From contig CBDDIJ010000002.1 in NCBI GenBank assembly GCA_965228855.1, positions 800,001 to 864,000 on the forward strand: DNA of 64,000 bases, given 5' to 3'. Below the pieces are notes generated by a model. It saw nothing but the letters and a program-made list of their open reading frames with translations. It ran no database searches and was not told the DNA's origin. The translations under genes and the position numbers were made by a program. Positions within the stretch are counted from its first letter, which is position 1; every line of letters starts with the position of its first letter. This stretch comes from Candidatus Obscuribacterales bacterium. GTDB lineage: Bacteria > Cyanobacteriota > Vampirovibrionia > Obscuribacterales > Obscuribacteraceae. Positions 59,564-64,000 of the stretch are shown here, one piece after another.

Positions 59564-59796
59564 GGACGCGGATAGAATCTTGTCAGGGCGAGCCTTGTTT
59601 ACACGTGCTAAATCGGTCAGGATTTGCTGTAGATAGTGTTCAGCCTTAGAGGACAAGACAGGAGCGGAAGTCCGAAATCTACGCCTCTGACTTTCTAGCC
59701 GGAGACAAAATACTGGTTTCTTCCGCTCCTCTATCCTCGCGTCCTCGGATAGCCTTGCCGACTGCACGCTCCTGGTCAACAGCAACGTACCAGTCA
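59564..59796 (-). ncRNA. Predicted bridge RNA of the IS110 element
   Basis: Target loop closed by 11-bp IR (59660-70/59720-30) with guides TATTTTGTCT and GGCGTAG; donor loop closed by TCTTGTC/GACAAGA with guides ACACTATCT and ACAAG; transcript ends approximate. Confidence 0.82.
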
Positions 59797-59936
59797 ACAT
59801 CTAACGTACAAGACAAATATGAGGACCGTTTCGCGGTCGAAGTGCAAATCCCCGAGCCATGTGGCTTTGGGCATCTCGAAGGTGTGGAGTTTTATAGTAG
59901 GATTGGCCGGCAGGTTCAAAATCCCGGGACTGCCGC

Positions 59937-60746
59937 TTACTTCGCTGATTCGGCGACTTCTTTGTCGGAACCTTGACCGCCCGAATTAGTTCCACCCTCA
60001 GCGGCGGCATAGCGCACTACAATCATGGTGACGTTGTCCGGGGCGCCGCCATCGAGTGTTGCCTTGAGAAGCTTTTCGCAGGCGTCCTTTGGTGTTTCAC
60101 AGGTGGCTACGATTTCGCCGATGTTTTCGTCCAGAACAACTGTGGATAGACCGTCACTCGACAGAATGAGCCAATCTCCGGGCTTCATCTCTGCTGGAGT
60201 TCTATCAATCTCGACTTTAGCTTTGTGACCGACGCATCGAGTGAGATAGTGGCGGAACGGGCTGTTGCGAAGCTGTTCTTCGCTCATTCGTCCTTGCAAC
60301 ACCATCTCCATGACCACCGAATGATCCTGAGTAAGCACGACGGTTTTGCCCTCGCGAATCAGGTAAGCACGCGAGTCTCCGACGTGCGCGATTTGCAGAC
60401 TTCCATCGGGACAATGGATTGCCGCGACAATTGTTGTACCCATGTCCTTCACTGCAGGGTCGGCTGCTGCTGCATCAAACACATCCTGGTTGGCGTTCGA
60501 AACCGCCTCCACGAGCCATGCTTGAATGGTATTGGCGTCGACCGAATTCGGTTGACGCTCGTTCCATAACTTTTCAACTGCGAGAATCGCAAGCTTGCTG
60601 GCTTTACTTCCGCCTTTCATGCCGCCCATCCCGTCAGCGACTACGAGGAGTCGATTGTCGGAACTCACAAACATATTGTCCTGATTTTCGGTTCTCTTGA
60701 TTCCAGGATCAGTGACGGAGGCAACCTGCCACGAAACTTTAGTCAT
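59937..60746 (-). CDS. PP2C-family Ser/Thr protein phosphatase (Stp1/PrpC-like)
   Basis: TDPG.KR..NQD, VADGMGG, MGTT, AHVGDSRAY, LTQDHS, LSSDGL, GAPDNVT. Confidence 0.95.
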   Translation of the reverse strand: MTKVSWQVASVTDPGIKRTENQDNMFVSSDNRLLVVADGMGGMKGGSKASKLAILAVEKLWNERQPNSVDANTIQAWLVEAVSNANQDVFDAAAADPAVKDMGTTIVAAIHCPDGSLQIAHVGDSRAYLIREGKTVVLTQDHSVVMEMVLQGRMSEEQLRNSPFRHYLTRCVGHKAKVEIDRTPAEMKPGDWLILSSDGLSTVVLDENIGEIVATCETPKDACEKLLKATLDGGAPDNVTMIVVRYAAAEGGTNSGGQGSDKEVAESAK

Positions 60747-61104
60747 CGTTTCCCCTGCAAACGAGTGTGTACTTCGGTACTGAGTTTATACCCCAGTGCA
60801 TATAGCCACTATCCCAAATTTCATAGAAAAAGAAACTCCTGTCATGGGTGATTGCCAAGGTGTTAAGAGGGTGGCGTTGTTCGCGCAGCGCCGCCATAAG
60901 GTATAGATTCATTGCGAGGAGTAGGTAGTGAGCTGTAACAAAAGTTTCTTGAGTCCAGGATCTGATCTCTTCTAAAAATAGTCGTTACTCAACCCAACCC
61001 CGACACCCTTTTGCTCCTGGTCCGATAAACCGAGAATCACAATCAATGCTGATAAACCGACCGAGACGGTTGGTGGGTGTCGCATTTGCTGAACGGAGTT
61101 TGGC

Positions 61105-62358
61105 ATGAATAAAACCTACTTGGCCCTTGGAGCTGTTGCAGTCATCATTGCAGCAGTCGTTGGGCTGACCACGTTTTGGTCGCCTCGTCCCGAGCCCGTG
61201 AGGGTGCCTTCTTATCTTGAGAAGGCCTCTGGCGAGACGATTCTTCCACCAGCCAGTCGTGAGGAGATTCAGCGTCGCGTGCAGTTTGCGCCCGACGGTT
61301 TCACTCGAGAGCGGCTTGTTGTCTTCTTCACCAACGGCGACGTCGGCGTGACTGTGTTCAATCCCGACCGCAGCGCCATTGTGTTCCGCTTCTATCCGCC
61401 GGGTGATGGATTCGACTGGAAAGCGTCTGCGTTTTCCGAGAAGGGCATGAAAAGCCGAGTCGAACGCGCTGCCGATGGAAAAACAATCATGGCGGAACGG
61501 CACTGGTACGAGGACGGAACGCTGAAGCGCCTCGGGCAGCGGCTTCCCGCCGGTGGCTATCAGGTTACCGCTTTCTTCGGCGACGGCGTCACCATGTCGG
61601 AGAGCACCTTGTTCTCCAACACCGGCGTGCTCGAAATCCAGTCGATGTACTACCAGACCGGAATCCTCAAAAGCGTTCTGAAAAGCAAGTACAACGGCTT
61701 GTACAAGGACTGGGTCAGTTATTTCCCCGACGGCAAGAAATCTGCTTTCCACATCGTCGAGGGTAACACCGAGCGTGGTGAGTTCTATTACGATGACGGT
61801 GTGACGGTTCGCATCAAGTTCATGAAAGAGCTCATCTCGCGAAACTTCATGGGCGTTTCGGTGGTGACGGCGGTGTACAACAACGCCGATGGAACGCTCA
61901 ATCACACGCGCGTGTGGGATACGAACAGCATGAAGGTCAGCTATCCCGCGGTAAACGGGAAGCCGGCGTTCACGCAGATCTGGAGATACGTCGACGCGAA
62001 GAAGGCGCAAAACCGTCTCGCTATCGATAACTTTCAGCTCCAGTCGGTAAGCGTTGCCAGGCTTGACGGTATCGACAATGTCGATATTTCGCTGGGCAAA
62101 GATCAGATTCCGGTCGAGATTCGTTTCGTTCGCAAGAACGACAAGGGCGTCGAGGAGCGCATCACGCGCAAGCTTCGAGCCGACGGTACTGTCGAATCCG
62201 AATCTGTGGCCAGCTACTCCGGCGGACGCGTCGAGCGCAAATTCACTGGTGAAGAGGGCGGGCGTGTAATCATTCCTGTCGACTTCTTCGCCGCGGGCTC
62301 GTATGAGGCACCACCTTCGGTGCCATCCGAATTCTCGTATTACCCGGGTGGTTACTGA
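61105..62358 (+). CDS. Membrane-anchored protein with MORN-variant/YwqK-like beta repeats
   Basis: N-terminal TM; repeats WYEDGTLK, YYQTGILK, YFPDGKK, YYDDG, YNNADGTL. Confidence 0.75.
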   Translation: MNKTYLALGAVAVIIAAVVGLTTFWSPRPEPVRVPSYLEKASGETILPPASREEIQRRVQFAPDGFTRERLVVFFTNGDVGVTVFNPDRSAIVFRFYPPGDGFDWKASAFSEKGMKSRVERAADGKTIMAERHWYEDGTLKRLGQRLPAGGYQVTAFFGDGVTMSESTLFSNTGVLEIQSMYYQTGILKSVLKSKYNGLYKDWVSYFPDGKKSAFHIVEGNTERGEFYYDDGVTVRIKFMKELISRNFMGVSVVTAVYNNADGTLNHTRVWDTNSMKVSYPAVNGKPAFTQIWRYVDAKKAQNRLAIDNFQLQSVSVARLDGIDNVDISLGKDQIPVEIRFVRKNDKGVEERITRKLRADGTVESESVASYSGGRVERKFTGEEGGRVIIPVDFFAAGSYEAPPSVPSEFSYYPGGY

Positions 62359-62451
62359 TAAGGAGCCACTTCCCATTGCTTCAGACGGGCTTGGCAAGCC
62401 GAGCCTTGCAGCTGAGAGTTTAATGCTGCCGTAAACATCTGGAGTGATTCA

Positions 62452-62652
62452 ATGTCCATCGCATTGACCCTTCTCGCGCTGGTTGTAGCCACCGCGATTC
62501 TCGTGCGGGTCAAGAAGAAGCAGGCTGAGCGCCGTGACGCTGCTCAGGTCTTCTACGTTTGCAGGCAATGCGAACATCCGTACGTGATGCCGAACGTCCC
62601 TCTCCGTTGCCGTCGTTGTGACGGTCCGGTCGAGAAGACCTTCGAGAACTGA
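62452..62652 (+). CDS. Small membrane-anchored zinc-ribbon protein
   Basis: GGAG RBS; N-terminal TM; CRQC...CRRC. Confidence 0.7.
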   Translation: MSIALTLLALVVATAILVRVKKKQAERRDAAQVFYVCRQCEHPYVMPNVPLRCRRCDGPVEKTFEN

Positions 62653-62656
62653 GTCC

Positions 62657-62695
62657 AACCAGGGCATGGCGCCTACCCTGCCATGCCCTGGTTTT
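62657..62695 (+). terminator. Intrinsic terminator
   Basis: AACCAGGGCATGGC/GCCATGCCCTGGTT followed by TT. Confidence 0.8.
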
Positions 62696-62707
62696 CCTCA
62701 ACCTTGG

Positions 62708-62934
62708 CTACTATATGAAGTAGGTCTCTCTCTTCGTTCGAATGTCCCGACCTGGAATGGTTTAGGGCAAAACCTTTGCGAGCGACTATCTCGACTGCCT
62801 ATCCAGGAACGACGGAATCTCGGAAAACCGTCACTCCTGGATAGACACGATGCTCCTCATTCTGAAATTAAATCCCGGAAGTCACGCGCAGGCGGGTACT
62901 GCAGAAGTTTGGTAAATCCTGTCGAATATAGTAG
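62708..62934. repeat. Symmetric element copy H (core 62796-62847)
   Basis: CTACTATAT ... TGCCTA-tccaggaac-GACG-N14-CGTC-actcctgga-TAGACA ... ATATAGTAG; midpoint 62821 vs core centre 62821.5. Confidence 0.9.
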
Positions 62935-62949
62935 GACAGGTTTTTGTGG

Positions 62950-62989
62950 AAAAGGATGCGGAACATCCGGGGGGAAGTTCCGCATCCTT
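62950..62989 (-). terminator. Intrinsic terminator for the minus-strand genes
   Basis: AAGGATGCGGAAC/GTTCCGCATCCTT 13-bp stem. Confidence 0.75.
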
Positions 62990-63025
62990 GAAGTAATCAA
63001 CGTTCAGTTCAGAGCCAGTGGCGTG

Positions 63026-63328
63026 TTACTGAGCGTCGCGGTCGCGTTTGCGCGCTTCCTGCTCTTCGCGTTCGCGTTTCTCGCGAGCTTCGGCTTCTTC
63101 GCGGCCGCGCTTGTTGAACTCCTCGAGCGTTCGCTGCCATTCGTGCATCAGGAAGCTGAAGACGAAGGTCAGAACAAACCACACCGCAATGGCGTCGCCG
63201 AGCGGATTGCCGGCGGCAGGCTGCGTCCCGATCAAGGTCGGAACAACGCTCATCAGAATGTAGATCGAGGTGATGAAAGTCGAGAAGATGCCGCCAATCA
63301 GAATTGACAGCCCGAGATTGGGTTTCAT
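63026..63328 (-). CDS. Small 2-TM protein with charged tail
   Basis: Two hydrophobic segments then an E/R-rich helix; GGTAGGA upstream. Confidence 0.7.
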   Translation of the reverse strand: MKPNLGLSILIGGIFSTFITSIYILMSVVPTLIGTQPAAGNPLGDAIAVWFVLTFVFSFLMHEWQRTLEEFNKRGREEAEAREKREREEQEARKRDRDAQ

Positions 63329-63428
63329 GATCCTACCCTATGTTCAAAGAGCGTCGGCTTCGCAAGCCGCGCGCTCCTCCAGGCGCACCTGGATGGTTAA
63401 CTTGCGACGATCCAGGCACGCTGGATTG

Positions 63429-64000
63429 CTACGTCGCTTGCCGGCTCTTCAACAGGAGAGCTGCGATGCTCCCGACTGCGAAAGCGGCATGGATACCTGG
63501 AAACAAAGTGAAAAGGCCGACCCACGTGAAACAAGCGAGAGTCAGCGCTGAAGCGACCGCGAACATCACCAGCAGTGGTGCCAGTCCCGATCCGAGCTTG
63601 ATGCCGGCAATGCGAACCGACATGTCGCTGATTTTGTCCTTGCGAGGCTGCAGCAGCGTCAAGCTGAAGCCGGACAGCGCGAAGAAGAGAGCGGACGCAT
63701 AGAAGGCGAGCGCAGCGACTTCGGGAAGCTGAACAGCGGCGACGATCGCTCCAAACGCGGCCATGAAATACGTCACGCCCAGATACATACCGGCGCCGCC
63801 AGGGGTGGCAACCTTGTCGCGTACCTGGTCTCCCTGGAATTGGACGCTCTCCACCTGAGGCTTGCCCAGGTACCTCACGATCGTCACGTTGGCGGGCTCG
63901 GTCTGAAAGCGTATCTTGTCGTACACTGCCGGAGTGAGTTCAGCCAGGTGCATCTCATCTGCGACTTTGAACCAGCAGTATCGGGTGTTGGTGCGTTGCC
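63429..64000 (-). CDS. Membrane protein (~4 TM), probably truncated by window end
   Basis: Frame stays open from the ATG at 63953 to the window edge; hydrophobic C-terminal half. Confidence 0.65.
   Translation of the reverse strand, partial: QRTNTRYCWFKVADEMHLAELTPAVYDKIRFQTEPANVTIVRYLGKPQVESVQFQGDQVRDKVATPGGAGMYLGVTYFMAAFGAIVAAVQLPEVAALAFYASALFFALSGFSLTLLQPRKDKISDMSVRIAGIKLGSGLAPLLVMFAVASALTLACFTWVGLFTLFPGIHAAFAVGSIAALLLKSRQAT

Larger units (their letters stand above)
58555..59812 (-). mobile_element. IS110-family (IS621-like) insertion sequence, 1256 bp plus one copy of the CT core
   Basis: AG (CT on minus) at 58555-56 and 59811-12; removal restores TAGACA of the repeat core; no TIRs; long 5' noncoding end. 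Confidence 0.88.
58400..59900. repeat. Symmetric element copy G, interrupted by IS110
   Basis: CTACTATAT 58400; core TGGCAA(58508)-cgagagagc-GACG-N14-CGTC-atagtggcg-TAG | ACA (59813-59815); TTATAGTAG 59892-59900. Confidence 0.88.

Noticed and set aside
59540..59800. 86-aa ORF in the IS110 left end
   Set aside because: Coincides with the bridge-RNA structure; no RBS or protein motif
29195..62847. 52-bp cores as integron attC sites
   Set aside because: No RYYYAAC/GTTRRRY ends, arms often non-complementary, flanking genes in mixed orientation with their own terminators, no intI in the window

Overview
Bacterial chromosomal window. The cyanobacterial-type ClpC, BT1 transporter, many TPR and low-complexity secreted proteins and lack of photosynthesis genes suggest a non-photosynthetic cyanobacterial relative such as Melainabacteria/Obscuribacterales (inference). 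Housekeeping genes (peptide ABC SBP, coaE, tsaE, topA, clpC, panC, ilvC, PP2C) alternate with blocks of strongly C/G-ending-codon genes (fadD-patatin-thiolase-fadJ, pip-HAD fusion, BT1, ppk2, a coaE fusion, tandem hypothetical paralogs). There are two linked highlights. (1) Eight intergenic copies of a 52-bp inverted-symmetry core with fixed spacing (TGBCWA-N9-GACG-N14-CGKC-N9-TAGMCA), centred between inverted CTACTA/TAGTAG boxes in ~225-250-bp units that mostly sit just behind intrinsic terminators. (2) A complete IS621-like IS110 element inserted in one core; its ends, circle-junction promoter and bridge-RNA target and donor guides can all be read from the sequence, and the target guide matches the repeat family. 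No rRNA, tRNA or CRISPR array was seen. All calls were made by eye with no database searches.
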